A stretch of DNA of 64,000 bases, from IMG/VR virus record IMGVR_UViG_3300044638_006409, positions 56,656-120,655 of that record. One strand, 5' to 3'. The notes beneath the pieces are model-generated. The model did no database searches. It had not been told where the DNA came from and saw only the letters and a list, made by a program, of their open reading frames with translations. Source of the DNA: a virus. Numbering within the stretch: the first letter of the stretch is position 1; every line of letters starts with the position of its first letter. This document shows, one piece after another, positions 1-11,905 of the stretch. Made by a program: the position numbers and the translations under genes.

Positions 1-2516
1 TTACAAATATAACACCTACAACAGATTCTTCTTCAGGTGTATTGACACTCAGTTCACAAGGTAATCCATTCTCAGGACTTAGTGTTTATTATGGTAATAT
101 AGTAATTAGACCTAATGATTCTGAGGTAAACAAAGTTTTCAACGAAAATTTAGATGAAGTAGAAAACTTCCTTTTGAATCGTAATATTACACCAATTTAT
201 ACGGCACAATTTGTAACCCCAACTCTAAGTGATGATGGAACTTATCTAATAAACACTTCATTATTAACTTGGCCTTTAAATGGTTTTTGGAACATTGACA
301 TACAGACTGGAAAATTTACGACTTATCTTACAGAGTTAAATGAGATTAGTGAGTTCTTCGATTTGTATCAAACTAATCTAATATCAAGATTTTATACAAC
401 ACCAGCTTTTAAAGAATTTGACACTCCTGACCAAAAAATGGAGAAGATTCTACAAATTTATGGTAGAAGTTTTGATGAAACAAAGAAGTTCATAGATGCC
501 TTAGCAAATATGACTTCAGTAAATTATAATGTTGGTGCTGACATACCTTCACAACTTTTAAAAAATTTAGCACAAACTTTAGGGTGGACAACAAACATAT
601 CACCTATTTCTAACACGGCCTTTTTGGATTCAGTTTTCGGACAAACAAATCAAAATCTTTCTCAATACACTGGTTTACCAACACAAACTACACCTGACCA
701 ACTTAACTATCAATTTTATAGAAATTTGGTATTAAATTCTGCTTATTTATTTAAGTCCAAAGGTACAAGGAAATCGATAGAAATTTTATTGAGATTAATT
801 GGTGCTCCTGAAGCTTTAGTTGAATTTAATGAATTTGTATACTTAGCTGACCAAAAAATCAATTTGGATGACTTCAATCAACAATATGCCCAAATTTCTG
901 GAGGTACTTATACACAAATATTACCATCTTTAGACCCAACAAATGTATTTAGAATTTTGGGATACGATTATACTGGTTTTACCACTTCATCAACCTCAGT
1001 AAGTGTTAATTTGACAACTGGTGAAATTCCTATGGATGAGTTTGGTTATCCAACAACTCCACCTGAAAGTGAAGATTACTTCTTCCAAATAGGTAGTGGG
1101 TGGTTCGAACAAACACCTCAACATCGAGCACCTGAAGAAGTAGACTTAGTTAATTCCACTTTTACAGGAAACAATCCAAATTTTCAAACCACACTGATAC
1201 CATTCAATTACGGACAAGTTTATTTGAATAGATTTAGAAAGTTCCCATTTATGTCGTTGGGATATAATTTATCTTCTATTGTCGATAATAACAAAAGTTG
1301 GCATGATTCAGAAGTTGGATTGAGGTCTAATAACGAGTCAACATTCAACGCTAGATACAATGTTGAAGATGATAAGTTGGTTTTGAATGTTAAAAATATG
1401 GATTTGTTTATGAATCCAGCTCAAGGTATTGCTTATGATGTTTGGTATATGTCAAATGAATTTAACTACCCAATACCTAATCAAGGGTTAAATTATGTAC
1501 CACCAACATATTGTGATCCTAATCCATACACAAACTACCCAAATAGAGGTGGTGTGGATTGGACTGAAATAAATCCACAACCCCAAAGGAAAACATTTTT
1601 CGAATTTGCACAAACATTTTGGAATAATACGATTAATGTTAGAAATAGATTATTTGCGTCTAATGGTAAAACTGGTGGTTATCCAACACTTGAGTCTATT
1701 TTCTGGAAATACTTACAATCTAAAGAAACTATTAATATACCTAACAATAATTTCAGTTATGAAACAATGTTGGAGTATGTACAAGGTATAGGTGATTATT
1801 GGATAAGAATGGTTGAACAAATGATACCAACCACAACTATATGGAATACAGGTACTAAATTGGAAAATTCTATATTTCACAGACAAAAATTTGTTTGGAG
1901 AAGACAAGAGGGATGTCAAGTTGTACCTTTCGAGATACCAGTACCAAATCAGGGTGGAACTGGTGTAGGAAATCCTCCGGTAATAAGTAATCCAAATCAA
2001 CAAACAGGTAATGATGCCGCGGCTAAAAGATTACCACCAACTTGTCGTTCATGTAGTACATCGTCATCTATATTCTCATATGATTGTCCGATTGATGCTG
2101 TCCAATGTTCAGTATATCCAAGTGAAATTAACCCACAACTCCCTGACTTTTTTGCTGTGTTGGGTAATGTTTTGAATACTTACTTGAATGGTAATGGTTA
2201 TAATATGAATAATTGTGATTTGAATAGTTTAACGACTGAATGGTTCGTTGATGTACGAATTAATTCAGTACAAGTTATTAGTTATTCATTTTTTAATGGT
2301 TTCGGATATAATAATTTAATAACAAGTGCACCAAGTCTATCAGCTTGGAAAAATGCTTTAACATTTGCCCTAGAGGATTTAGTTAATTTGGGTTATGATT
2401 ATTATTTTACAAATAAGGGCAGATTAGTGGTTTATAGTTTATTATGTCCTGAAGAAGAACAACAATTCGATTTTAAATTGAATGTTGGGATAAACTTTTC
2501 AATATTATGTAGTTAA
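1..2516 (+). CDS. Baseplate wedge/tail structural protein, probably 5'-truncated by the window edge
   Basis: Long ORF. LAQTLGW and FKSKGTRKSIEILLRLIG resemble phage baseplate (P2 gpI-like) motifs. First gene of a structural cluster. Confidence 0.6.
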   Translation, partial: TNITPTTDSSSGVLTLSSQGNPFSGLSVYYGNIVIRPNDSEVNKVFNENLDEVENFLLNRNITPIYTAQFVTPTLSDDGTYLINTSLLTWPLNGFWNIDIQTGKFTTYLTELNEISEFFDLYQTNLISRFYTTPAFKEFDTPDQKMEKILQIYGRSFDETKKFIDALANMTSVNYNVGADIPSQLLKNLAQTLGWTTNISPISNTAFLDSVFGQTNQNLSQYTGLPTQTTPDQLNYQFYRNLVLNSAYLFKSKGTRKSIEILLRLIGAPEALVEFNEFVYLADQKINLDDFNQQYAQISGGTYTQILPSLDPTNVFRILGYDYTGFTTSSTSVSVNLTTGEIPMDEFGYPTTPPESEDYFFQIGSGWFEQTPQHRAPEEVDLVNSTFTGNNPNFQTTLIPFNYGQVYLNRFRKFPFMSLGYNLSSIVDNNKSWHDSEVGLRSNNESTFNARYNVEDDKLVLNVKNMDLFMNPAQGIAYDVWYMSNEFNYPIPNQGLNYVPPTYCDPNPYTNYPNRGGVDWTEINPQPQRKTFFEFAQTFWNNTINVRNRLFASNGKTGGYPTLESIFWKYLQSKETINIPNNNFSYETMLEYVQGIGDYWIRMVEQMIPTTTIWNTGTKLENSIFHRQKFVWRRQEGCQVVPFEIPVPNQGGTGVGNPPVISNPNQQTGNDAAAKRLPPTCRSCSTSSSIFSYDCPIDAVQCSVYPSEINPQLPDFFAVLGNVLNTYLNGNGYNMNNCDLNSLTTEWFVDVRINSVQVISYSFFNGFGYNNLITSAPSLSAWKNALTFALEDLVNLGYDYYFTNKGRLVVYSLLCPEEEQQFDFKLNVGINFSILCS

Positions 2517-4666
2517 TGTCTTGTGAATTAAATTTTGCTGTCACATCAATCACTGGAGATTGTACAAATTCTAATTTAGGGGCATTCGAATTAAGTATCC
2601 AATCAACCTCTCCTGGTGTTTCCCTTCAGATGATTGACCCATTCAGTTCAACAACAATTATAGGAACTGCTACAACTTATACCTTCAGTGGATTGAGTGC
2701 GGGTACTTACACATTTTATCTTTTTGATAGTTGTCCTACCCAAACTTCACCCTTCTCGATTTATATTTCCTCAGGTAGTTGTATAAACATAGCCGAAGTT
2801 GGACACACAGTATGTAATTCCCCAAATGGTTATTTGACAGTTTTTTTTGATGAAATATACAACTATTTTGCACAACAATTTTATTTATATAACATAAATT
2901 CAGATGTTGCAGTTCAAACCATTTCTAATGGTCAACAATTGACAACATTCTATGGTTTAGAACCAGGAACTTATTATGTTGTTGGAACTGATGGGGGTGG
3001 TTGTGTTGGAAAAACTGAATCTTGTATTGTAAAAAGTTCTACAACTTTGGATTTCGGATTTTATACTATAAATGACGCTGATTGTGCTGTGAATACTGGT
3101 GCTATCTATGTTACAGGTCTGACAGGTAATCCACCATATAATTACGGATGGGTACCATCACTAACAAGTGGTAGTTTTTTGACTGGTTTAACACAAGGTG
3201 AATACTCATTAACAATACAAGATGCTAGTGGTTGTATTGTATCTAAAACAGCAACCATCGAAAGTATTCCCCCATTAAATGTTACAAATATTTTGGGTAC
3301 ACCCCCCTCTTGTTTTTCAGGTGATGGTGAAGTGATAGTTTACATTAGTGGTGGAACAGCACCTTATTATTATCAAGGAAGTAATGGGGAAACGGTGATA
3401 ACATTTTCCCAATATTATACTTTTACAGGACTTACAAGTGGTATTTTTTCGGTAAATGTTACAGATGCTGGGTTATGTACAACCACAAGTTCAACAACTA
3501 TTCAAACCCCAAATAGTTTCTATGTTGTATCATTAAACACAACAAATTCTACTTGTAATGACAACTCAGGTGGATTGTCGTTACAATTAGCTGGAGGTTC
3601 TGGTTTTTACACTGCAACTATTACTGATAATTTAGGTAACACTCAAACAAGTTCTAGTTTTGGTAGTTCTACAGCTTTCAACAATTTAAGTTCAGGTGTC
3701 TACACACTTCAAATAACAAATGGTGGTCCTTGTGTATACACCCAAACAATTACCATTAGTAACACAAATTTATTTACTCTTAGTACATCTACTACTGGTA
3801 CAACTTGTAATAATGAGGATGGTTCAGTTACTTTAACCATCACTTCAGGCGGCACACCTCCATATCTTTATGACATCGGAATTCAATCAGATACTAGTAG
3901 TAGTTTGTCTTACACTTTTTATAATTTAGCTTCAGGAAATTACACAGCGTCTGTATCCGATTCAAATTTTTGTCAACAAATCGAACCATTTAATATATCA
4001 ATCTCGAATAGTGTTGACTTCAATTTAAATGTTATATCACCAACAATCGGTTTAAATGGTGAGATTAATGCGTTTATAACTAATGGTGAACCACCATTTT
4101 CTTGGACTTGGAGTTCAAATGTTCCAAGTGGTCAAACTGGACTCACGATTACTGGATTGTCGGCAGCTTCTTACACATTATCAGTAACTGACGACAATGG
4201 TTGTGTTAGAACACGAAGTGTAAGAATGTTTGGATATAATTTGGTAAGTTCATATGAAATATTAAGTTTATGTGAGGATGTATCTTCATTCACTGGTGAA
4301 ATAGGTAAAAGAGGTCCACAACAAATGTTGATTGAAGGATTTTTTGACTTAACCTCAGGTGATACGGGTTGTATTTTAAATGAAGCTATTTATGAGGTAG
4401 TTGTATCAGGAGGCTCAACCGTGAAAACTAGTACTTTTTATACTGGCACTACCTTAAATGATTTCCCAACAGACGATGAGTACTACACAGCTTTAAGTAA
4501 TACCTTACTTCAGTACGATGGTATCCAAACTGTTGATTTAGACCCACTCAATAATCAAATTATTATTAATACAATATGTGATCCACCAATTTCACTAATT
4601 GATTTACAAATAACAGCTAATTTAAAAATCTATTACGATATAAGTTGTATTTCATGTACACCATAA
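2516..4666 (+). CDS. SprB-like repeat, Cys/Thr/Ser-rich virion (tail-associated) protein
   Basis: Repeated units of C..G.I.V...GGT.PY.Y and ..GL..G.Y.L.VTD..GC, typical of SprB repeats. Confidence 0.7.
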   Translation: MSCELNFAVTSITGDCTNSNLGAFELSIQSTSPGVSLQMIDPFSSTTIIGTATTYTFSGLSAGTYTFYLFDSCPTQTSPFSIYISSGSCINIAEVGHTVCNSPNGYLTVFFDEIYNYFAQQFYLYNINSDVAVQTISNGQQLTTFYGLEPGTYYVVGTDGGGCVGKTESCIVKSSTTLDFGFYTINDADCAVNTGAIYVTGLTGNPPYNYGWVPSLTSGSFLTGLTQGEYSLTIQDASGCIVSKTATIESIPPLNVTNILGTPPSCFSGDGEVIVYISGGTAPYYYQGSNGETVITFSQYYTFTGLTSGIFSVNVTDAGLCTTTSSTTIQTPNSFYVVSLNTTNSTCNDNSGGLSLQLAGGSGFYTATITDNLGNTQTSSSFGSSTAFNNLSSGVYTLQITNGGPCVYTQTITISNTNLFTLSTSTTGTTCNNEDGSVTLTITSGGTPPYLYDIGIQSDTSSSLSYTFYNLASGNYTASVSDSNFCQQIEPFNISISNSVDFNLNVISPTIGLNGEINAFITNGEPPFSWTWSSNVPSGQTGLTITGLSAASYTLSVTDDNGCVRTRSVRMFGYNLVSSYEILSLCEDVSSFTGEIGKRGPQQMLIEGFFDLTSGDTGCILNEAIYEVVVSGGSTVKTSTFYTGTTLNDFPTDDEYYTALSNTLLQYDGIQTVDLDPLNNQIIINTICDPPISLIDLQITANLKIYYDISCISCTP

Positions 4667-4678
4667 AAAAAATTAAAA

Positions 4679-5404
4679 ATGGCCTTAGATAGTATTGTAA
4701 CAATTAATCAAACAATTTGTGGATGTGATGGAACACTTTCGGTTTATTCCTTTGGTGGAAATCCTCCATATTCATATTCAATCAATGGTGGGATAAGTTA
4801 TAAAAATTCTCCGTTGTTTTTTGACTTATGTTCTGGTTTGTATAGTGTAGTTACAAAAGATGTGTCAGGTACAACAATATCAAAAACAATATTTTTAGAA
4901 AAACCATCAGGCTTTACAACATATTCAGTATCAATTCAAACAACTAATAGTCAATCGATAAGTTCACCATCGTTAAATGTTTTCGATTATACATCGACAA
5001 TTGTAGTGAATCCCGAACTACCATCAGGTGTTAGCCTCACTTTTGATGTCAGACATTTGAACACAACGAGTAATTCACCTTCATTAACTGCATGTACTGC
5101 AACAACTACATCACAATTAGAAATAAATTCTGTTCTAAGTGGTATGTCCTATTCGTCTACGACTACAGGAGAAACATTTAATCCGACACCGGGTTGTCAA
5201 GGAGAAACAAAATATATTTCTTCACTGACAGAGGTATGGAATAATGTTATATACAAACTTGGTGATGATTTTATTTTATCAACAACAACATCAATATTAA
5301 AAAATATAGACATAAATTGTTACATAGGAACAAGCACAGATAGTTTTACAATCTCGAATTTGAGAATAAGTGGTTGTGATTGTTGTAAAGCTGTGGTAAC
5401 ATAA
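4679..5404 (+). CDS. SprB-repeat-containing structural protein
   Basis: N-terminal CDGTLSVYSFGGNPPYSYSINGG...LCSGLYSVVTKD repeat unit. Confidence 0.6.
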   Translation: MALDSIVTINQTICGCDGTLSVYSFGGNPPYSYSINGGISYKNSPLFFDLCSGLYSVVTKDVSGTTISKTIFLEKPSGFTTYSVSIQTTNSQSISSPSLNVFDYTSTIVVNPELPSGVSLTFDVRHLNTTSNSPSLTACTATTTSQLEINSVLSGMSYSSTTTGETFNPTPGCQGETKYISSLTEVWNNVIYKLGDDFILSTTTSILKNIDINCYIGTSTDSFTISNLRISGCDCCKAVVT

Positions 5405-5431
5405 AATCCTACATAATATATTTATAAACAA

Positions 5432-8400
5432 ATGGGATATATAATAAAAAATACATCGGGGTTAATTAATACTAGGTTGACAGATACTGCAAGATTGAAG
5501 TTATCACAAGGGACATTCAATATTGCGTATTTCCAAGTAGGTGATAGTGAAGTGTCATATAACACATTACCAACTAATACATATAGTCAATTTAATACAT
5601 TTATTTTAGAACCAAGTTTCAATGCACAAAATTCCTCAGGTGCACCACAAAGTAACAAAGAGAATATAAAATATCCACTCTATGTTGATGGTAATACTGG
5701 AAATACATATGGAATACCATTTATGGATTCAACATCGAGTCCTATCTTTAATACAGCAAGTCCAAGAGGTTTTTTCACTGGTGGTACTGGTACTACATTT
5801 TATTGGAGTGCGTTAACCAATAGTGATTATGTAATTAATTCAAATTACACAGTCCAAATGAATACCTTAATTGGTACTAATCAAATGACACTAACATTTG
5901 ATTCTTGTGATACGGATGTTGTGAGGGGATTTGCAATCGGTGACATTGTAACAATATTTTATGATGGTGAGGGTTCAAATACATGTCAATGTGTTAATGT
6001 TGTTACCCCAACTCCAACACCTACAATATCAGTTACCCCATCGGTAACAGCAACACCATTTGCAACACCAACACCTTCACCAACAGACCCTTGTTTGTCA
6101 CCTACACCCACCCCAACACCATCAGCGACATTTTGTCCAACACCAACACCTTCAAACGCTTGTTCTACGAACACTAAAGCTAATTGTGTTGTAAAACTAC
6201 AAAGTTGTTATCCTATATTGACTTATAGAATTGTTGATATGTGTCTAAATACTATAACTTTGGATAGAAATACTCCTGATTATAGTTATTTGGGGAACGA
6301 TTGTTACGCAAGAGTATTAGTTTACCCACCAAATATGATATCGTTATATGATACTATCACACCATCTCCACATTGGAATGATAATGTTATAAATTTCGAA
6401 TCTGTTTGTTATACTGACCAATTTGATGTTAAAATTTGGAATATGAATATTCCTTGGTCAGAAGATCCAGCTGGATTAGATTCAGGTCTTTACAAAGATT
6501 ATACGAAGTTTGGTTCAATAGGATTTTTGGGTTCGAAAGAATACTTTGGTTATGCGTCATCAAGTGGACAAACAACGACAAGTGTTGTTTATTTTAATAA
6601 CTCATTTGGTGAACCTATAATTGTAAGACCTGAGGAACAAAAAACGATTGCAATAATTCACTACACTAATCAAACAATAGATTTGTTCTATGGTGAAAAG
6701 TTTGCACTACAACCATTTGATGACCAATTTGATGATACAACAGGACAAGCAAGAAACTTCAAACTTCACATCCCAACATTAATGTGGCATAAAAACCCTG
6801 ATTGTTGTTTTGGTGAAACATTTTATGTGGATCCTCCAGGTTTTGATGGATTGAGTTTATTCAGAGTACAATACATGAAATCATCCAAAAATCAGGATAT
6901 GAACAACCCTGGTTTGAGATATTATAATTTGTGGGACACTCACGCAAACCCAATATTACCAAGTAGAGTAGGAAAAGTTTTCCCTGATTCGAAAATTATT
7001 ATCATCGATGATGAAGAAATAGTAGCTGCAATGTCATATAAATCCAATAGAAACTGGACATTGCCAGCACCAAAACTGAATTTAATAGTTCCAAACACTT
7101 GTGGTGACTCATCAACAAGTGTTGATGGTATTTTAAGTGCCTCTACTGAATATTTGTATGTAACATATAGATTAACAAATTCTTTGGCATTTACTAACTC
7201 ACTACATTGTAATTATTATTTGAAAGCTACAGGTCCTAATATCAGTTGTAATCAAGATAGTTCACAAAATGTCGGGGTTAGATTTGGAGGGGATTTAACT
7301 TGTTTATCGTCTGATCAAACAAATGTTACACCTTGTTGGTATTCTGGTTTTACTTTTTGGGTAGAAACAAGTCCAAATGTTTTTTATTCATATCCATTCG
7401 TCAGTACACCTCAAATGTCCAATGGGTTACCGATATTCAGAAATTTATTGTACACTACAACAATAACTAATATTTTTTGGGATGGCTCAGATTGGATTTT
7501 CAGAGATAATACTACATCTGGTGATACAATAATAAATTTCAGTGGGTCGAGTCCTATCGGAGACTTTACGATAAGTGGTGTTTCAAGTGGATATACTGAA
7601 TGTAGTTCAAACCCACAAATATGTGTTGAAATTTGTGAACAAAATCAAGCATGTAGTACAACTATGTATGCCAAAGTTCTGAGTGGGGCAACTGAATTGT
7701 ATTTGGATTTATTTACGGGAGTTGATTATAGATTAATCTATGGAAGCCCGAATTGGGAAATTTATTCAGCTAATACAAGAGTTGCGGTTTTAACTGGACT
7801 TACATCGTCAGAATTACCTTTGGGTAGTTGGTCGTCAGAGACAGCATCAATTACTGGTTTAACAACTTCATTATGGTCTGATTGTATATCATTAACTTGT
7901 GAAAGTTATACGGCGGAAACCACTTCAACACAATCAATAATAAAAACAATTGATTGTGACTTTGTAATTTCAGATTACCAAACTGGTACAACCTTTAGTG
8001 GATGTGTTTTGGCTATCAATGGAGATATAACACAATCAATATATGATGTATCAGGAACTACAAGTTCAGGTATTGTATCAGGTAATTGCCCAAGTATCGT
8101 TACAGCATCAACAATATGTTCTGATGTTTGTAGTTCAGCGAGTGGTTTTTATGCGGATACATTTGAGATAATTTGTCAAAAAGTTGTTGGGGATGAAAGA
8201 CCCACTCCATCAGAATGGAAAATAATTGATTTTACAAGCTCTTTAACGAGTACGACAGTAAATGGATTATTAACATCGTCTGGAATCACAGGTACCACCT
8301 TTGTTATTACACAAGATTTATATGACAATGCACCATACTACGATTTGAATGATTATATTACACTTACACCACAAGGTTTTACTGGTAGTCAATTAAATTT

Positions 8401-8656
8401 TGGTGATGAATATTACTTCTATGGAAACTTAGAGACTGATATTCAAGCAACAATCTATGAAATGAGATACAAAATAAATTTAAGTCAAGTTGAGTTTTTA
8501 TCCTCTTCGAACCCAACATGGTCACCAAGTGTTACACCATTTATGACTGAAGTAGGTCTTTACGATTCTGATAAAAATCTTATGATTATATCAAAGTTAC
8601 AATCACCTGTACTTAGACAAGGGATTCAGCAACTTTTAGTAAAATTTGATTTTTAA
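5432..8656 (+). CDS. Large tail/baseplate structural protein with Pro-Thr linker
   Basis: N-terminal LTDTARLKL..G..I.YF.VGD and C-terminal TEVGLYD...L..ISKL..PV motifs of tail-collar/baseplate proteins. TPTP repeats. TATTTAT motif at 5419. Confidence 0.6.
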   Translation: MGYIIKNTSGLINTRLTDTARLKLSQGTFNIAYFQVGDSEVSYNTLPTNTYSQFNTFILEPSFNAQNSSGAPQSNKENIKYPLYVDGNTGNTYGIPFMDSTSSPIFNTASPRGFFTGGTGTTFYWSALTNSDYVINSNYTVQMNTLIGTNQMTLTFDSCDTDVVRGFAIGDIVTIFYDGEGSNTCQCVNVVTPTPTPTISVTPSVTATPFATPTPSPTDPCLSPTPTPTPSATFCPTPTPSNACSTNTKANCVVKLQSCYPILTYRIVDMCLNTITLDRNTPDYSYLGNDCYARVLVYPPNMISLYDTITPSPHWNDNVINFESVCYTDQFDVKIWNMNIPWSEDPAGLDSGLYKDYTKFGSIGFLGSKEYFGYASSSGQTTTSVVYFNNSFGEPIIVRPEEQKTIAIIHYTNQTIDLFYGEKFALQPFDDQFDDTTGQARNFKLHIPTLMWHKNPDCCFGETFYVDPPGFDGLSLFRVQYMKSSKNQDMNNPGLRYYNLWDTHANPILPSRVGKVFPDSKIIIIDDEEIVAAMSYKSNRNWTLPAPKLNLIVPNTCGDSSTSVDGILSASTEYLYVTYRLTNSLAFTNSLHCNYYLKATGPNISCNQDSSQNVGVRFGGDLTCLSSDQTNVTPCWYSGFTFWVETSPNVFYSYPFVSTPQMSNGLPIFRNLLYTTTITNIFWDGSDWIFRDNTTSGDTIINFSGSSPIGDFTISGVSSGYTECSSNPQICVEICEQNQACSTTMYAKVLSGATELYLDLFTGVDYRLIYGSPNWEIYSANTRVAVLTGLTSSELPLGSWSSETASITGLTTSLWSDCISLTCESYTAETTSTQSIIKTIDCDFVISDYQTGTTFSGCVLAINGDITQSIYDVSGTTSSGIVSGNCPSIVTASTICSDVCSSASGFYADTFEIICQKVVGDERPTPSEWKIIDFTSSLTSTTVNGLLTSSGITGTTFVITQDLYDNAPYYDLNDYITLTPQGFTGSQLNFGDEYYFYGNLETDIQATIYEMRYKINLSQVEFLSSSNPTWSPSVTPFMTEVGLYDSDKNLMIISKLQSPVLRQGIQQLLVKFDF

Positions 8657-8663
8657 TTTATTT

Positions 8664-9266
8664 ATGGACAAAAATTTTAAAGAATCGCCAAAGATTTTGG
8701 GATTGGATGTTTCAACTAAAACCATTGGATGGGCATTGTTCGATATTGAAACAAAACAACTATTAGAATTAACTCACATTTCACCAGTTATAAAGGAAAA
8801 AGACATCGCTAAAATGAAAGAACTTTTTTTAAAAAGTGATGTCTTTAAAACCAAATTGGAACAATATGATGGTCTGAATATACAAAAAGTAGTTATAGAA
8901 GAACCACTTCTTAATAGTAATAATGTATATACAATTCAAACCTTGATGAGGTATAATACTCTTATTTCGAAAGAAATTTATGATGTTTTGGGTATAGTAC
9001 CTGAATATATATCAACCTACAACTCTAGGAAGTCAGCCTTCCCATGGTTGGTTAAAGAAAACGATAAAGGTAAATTCGTTTTATTTGGTGGTTTCCCTAA
9101 AAATTGTGACAAAAAAGAAATTATATGGGAACAAGTTGCAAAAAGAGAACCACAAATCAATTGGAGTTATACTAAAAACAACACACTCAAAAAAGAAAAT
9201 TTTGATATGAGTGATGCTTATTGTTGTGTTTTAGGTTATATGAAACAACAAAATATTTGGAATTAA
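8664..9266 (+). CDS. RuvC-like Holliday junction resolvase
   Basis: ILGLDVSTKTIGW, VVIEE and DMSDA acidic RNase H-fold motifs. Confidence 0.75.
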   Translation: MDKNFKESPKILGLDVSTKTIGWALFDIETKQLLELTHISPVIKEKDIAKMKELFLKSDVFKTKLEQYDGLNIQKVVIEEPLLNSNNVYTIQTLMRYNTLISKEIYDVLGIVPEYISTYNSRKSAFPWLVKENDKGKFVLFGGFPKNCDKKEIIWEQVAKREPQINWSYTKNNTLKKENFDMSDAYCCVLGYMKQQNIWN

Positions 9267-9985
9267 GTAACTCTTAATTTATCTCTATAACCAATAGGAT
9301 AAAACTTGGGGTTACTTAAACAATCTACATTACCATATGGATGATTGGGGTCATCACTACTTTGATAATTGTATGTGTAATCTTGGTATATATTTGCGGT
9401 AAGTTTACCCTTGTTACGATAAATACATCCATCAGCTATAATATCAACACTTATTGGCAAGTTAAAATAACGACCTACATTTGGGACTAAATTTCTATTA
9501 CCAGTACCTGAGTTTGTAATATTAGTCCATGATTGGTCAAATCCACTTTGGTCAAAAGGAATACAAAATGTACCAGAAAACAATCTAATATCTTCAGGAT
9601 TTGGACAAGGTGAAGCTAACGGAGTGTTTAAACTTAATTGTGCCGGTGAACAACTACCTATCAGATACTGATTTGGATTACAATCATATAAATCTATTGG
9701 ATTATTAGGTGTCATACCTGTAAGATGTATTACTTGTGGTTTGTTTACCGAAAATCTACTACTTAATGATGGCGCTGGATTTGGTAATGTGGGGTCTCTA
9801 TAAAAAGCTGATAAAATCGTTCCATTTTTGAAATTGAATGGGAAAGCATAAAATCTTATGAACATATCAAAATTTGTGGGTGTAACATCCGATTCTACTT
9901 GTAATATATGTAGATTGAATGTAAACAAATCTAAGTCATGTTGTAGATGACCAGTACCAAAAATATTTATATCAAAATATGCCAT
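9263..9985 (-). CDS. Hypothetical protein in the structural module
   Basis: 240-aa ORF at the end of the minus-strand structural operon. Confidence 0.5.
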   Translation of the reverse strand: MAYFDINIFGTGHLQHDLDLFTFNLHILQVESDVTPTNFDMFIRFYAFPFNFKNGTILSAFYRDPTLPNPAPSLSSRFSVNKPQVIHLTGMTPNNPIDLYDCNPNQYLIGSCSPAQLSLNTPLASPCPNPEDIRLFSGTFCIPFDQSGFDQSWTNITNSGTGNRNLVPNVGRYFNLPISVDIIADGCIYRNKGKLTANIYQDYTYNYQSSDDPNHPYGNVDCLSNPKFYPIGYRDKLRVT

Positions 9986-9988
9986 AGA

Positions 9989-11824
9989 TTAAAAAGATAT
10001 TGTTACTGTATTTGTATTACCATCTGTAGGTATGGTAATTGTTGTTGTTCCTTTATGTACGCAATAATCATCATCAAATAGTGCGACAGCTAATTGTATA
10101 GATGTTGAACCTGGTACCCACGAGTAAGTTGGAGTATAACCTGGATTCAGTTCACTATATGGGTAATAAGTTACATTCCAAGGTGAATCAGAGTTAGTCG
10201 GATTTATAGGTGTTAATTCAGTAAACCCAAATTCAACATAATCATTCAATGATACTTCAGGTGTTCCTAAAGCCCCATCCCAATACATTGTATTGTTAAT
10301 ATTATTTGGGAAAGATGAATTTGATGTTATTGTTCTTAAAAAAGAATTTGGTAAATCAACATTAAAAATTTTGTAACTACCAACAACATCACCGGTATAA
10401 TTTGATGATGATAAAATAAAATTAAACTCATACACATAAGATGGTGGTGTGATACCAAAATTTAAATCAATAGTTGAAGCCGAAATATCCAATGTGAATA
10501 AATTTGAATTCGGACATAAAATTGATGACAAACAAGGTAATGGGTCAAATGGTGGTGGTGTTGGTGTAGGACCGGGTGGACATACAATACCCAAAAACTC
10601 TACATCTGAAGAACATCCGTTTGTATCAAAAACAACAATATTTAACAAATCACCATTATTTAACAACATTCCATCTGTTATAGTAGTTACAACATTATTA
10701 ATTGAACCTGAGAAGGTATAAGGTCCGAAACCACCACTTGGGATTAAAGATAAGAAAGCAAAACCAGTTTGAGAATAAGATGAATTAACTTGACAAGTAT
10801 AACTTATATTCGTGTTGATAGTTATTTGTGTACAATCCACTGGTGGTAAAAAACAAGATGTATTTACAACGAAATCACCAAAAGCATCAGTAACCACAGC
10901 ATTATATGTACCTGAGGGTAAGTTTATGATAGTTCCAGTTGTGTTTCCATTCTCCCATAGAAAATTATATGGAGGTGTTCCGCCAGTAACAACCAAAGTT
11001 GCACTCCTTGTTGAACCAGTTCTACCAAAGGTATTAACAACACTACAAGTTACACCCATAGGAAAAATGGTAATTACATCACACTCATTAACAGTAACAT
11101 AATCACCATAGTTATTTACAACACCACAAGTGGATACTGCGGAAAATGTGGTTACCTCATAACCAGTTCTTCTTGTTGCACAAGTGTTAGTATCATCATT
11201 TATTAAATTAGTTGTTATATTGATACCATTGAAATTGAGACTAAGAGTCCCATTTACATAGAAGAATTGATAGACACCTGGATTTGGTATAGAGGTTCTT
11301 TCTATTTCGATAGTGAAACTATCGTTTTCATAAATTCTAAAAACAAAACTTCCATTATCACTATATGGGAACACTTGAATATTCAAACCTAAACTTAGAA
11401 GGATATTCGTTAAATTTTGACTATGGGCGTTGGAATTATTACTATTTGTTGTATTACCAACGCATAAAAGTGAATCTGTGTCACAATCCAAACAATCGAA
11501 ACTATTTGGGTCTATTGTATAACTTGGAAAGTTAGGTGTATTGATAAATTCATTTCCATTGTAAGTTACTGAATTTACACTATATGATACACTTCCATAA
11601 GCATTAAGACCATTTGGTTGGGATAAGTCACAAAGAAACTCAATACTATCCATTTGGAATCCAACTAGTAAAGGTTCTTTAACTACATAAGTACAATCAA
11701 CATTTCCATTAATCTGAACTAATGTATTTAAATATGGTAATAAATTACTACGACTAGGATCCTTAATATTATGTATATCAGGACATAAACCATCACAAGA
11801 AATTAAACTTATACAATTTGACAT
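9989..11824 (-). CDS. Cys-rich structural protein with SprB-like repeats
   Basis: VTGGTPPYNFLWENG...LPSGTYNAVVTDAFG repeat. TATTTAT motif upstream on the minus strand. Confidence 0.6.
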   Translation of the reverse strand: MSNCISLISCDGLCPDIHNIKDPSRSNLLPYLNTLVQINGNVDCTYVVKEPLLVGFQMDSIEFLCDLSQPNGLNAYGSVSYSVNSVTYNGNEFINTPNFPSYTIDPNSFDCLDCDTDSLLCVGNTTNSNNSNAHSQNLTNILLSLGLNIQVFPYSDNGSFVFRIYENDSFTIEIERTSIPNPGVYQFFYVNGTLSLNFNGINITTNLINDDTNTCATRRTGYEVTTFSAVSTCGVVNNYGDYVTVNECDVITIFPMGVTCSVVNTFGRTGSTRSATLVVTGGTPPYNFLWENGNTTGTIINLPSGTYNAVVTDAFGDFVVNTSCFLPPVDCTQITINTNISYTCQVNSSYSQTGFAFLSLIPSGGFGPYTFSGSINNVVTTITDGMLLNNGDLLNIVVFDTNGCSSDVEFLGIVCPPGPTPTPPPFDPLPCLSSILCPNSNLFTLDISASTIDLNFGITPPSYVYEFNFILSSSNYTGDVVGSYKIFNVDLPNSFLRTITSNSSFPNNINNTMYWDGALGTPEVSLNDYVEFGFTELTPINPTNSDSPWNVTYYPYSELNPGYTPTYSWVPGSTSIQLAVALFDDDYCVHKGTTTITIPTDGNTNTVTISF

Positions 11825-11905
11825 AAAATTTTATACTTATCCTTATGATAAATATGTTGTCACTATTTTTATTTTTTTAAAAAAATTATAGAGGATTATT
11901 TGACA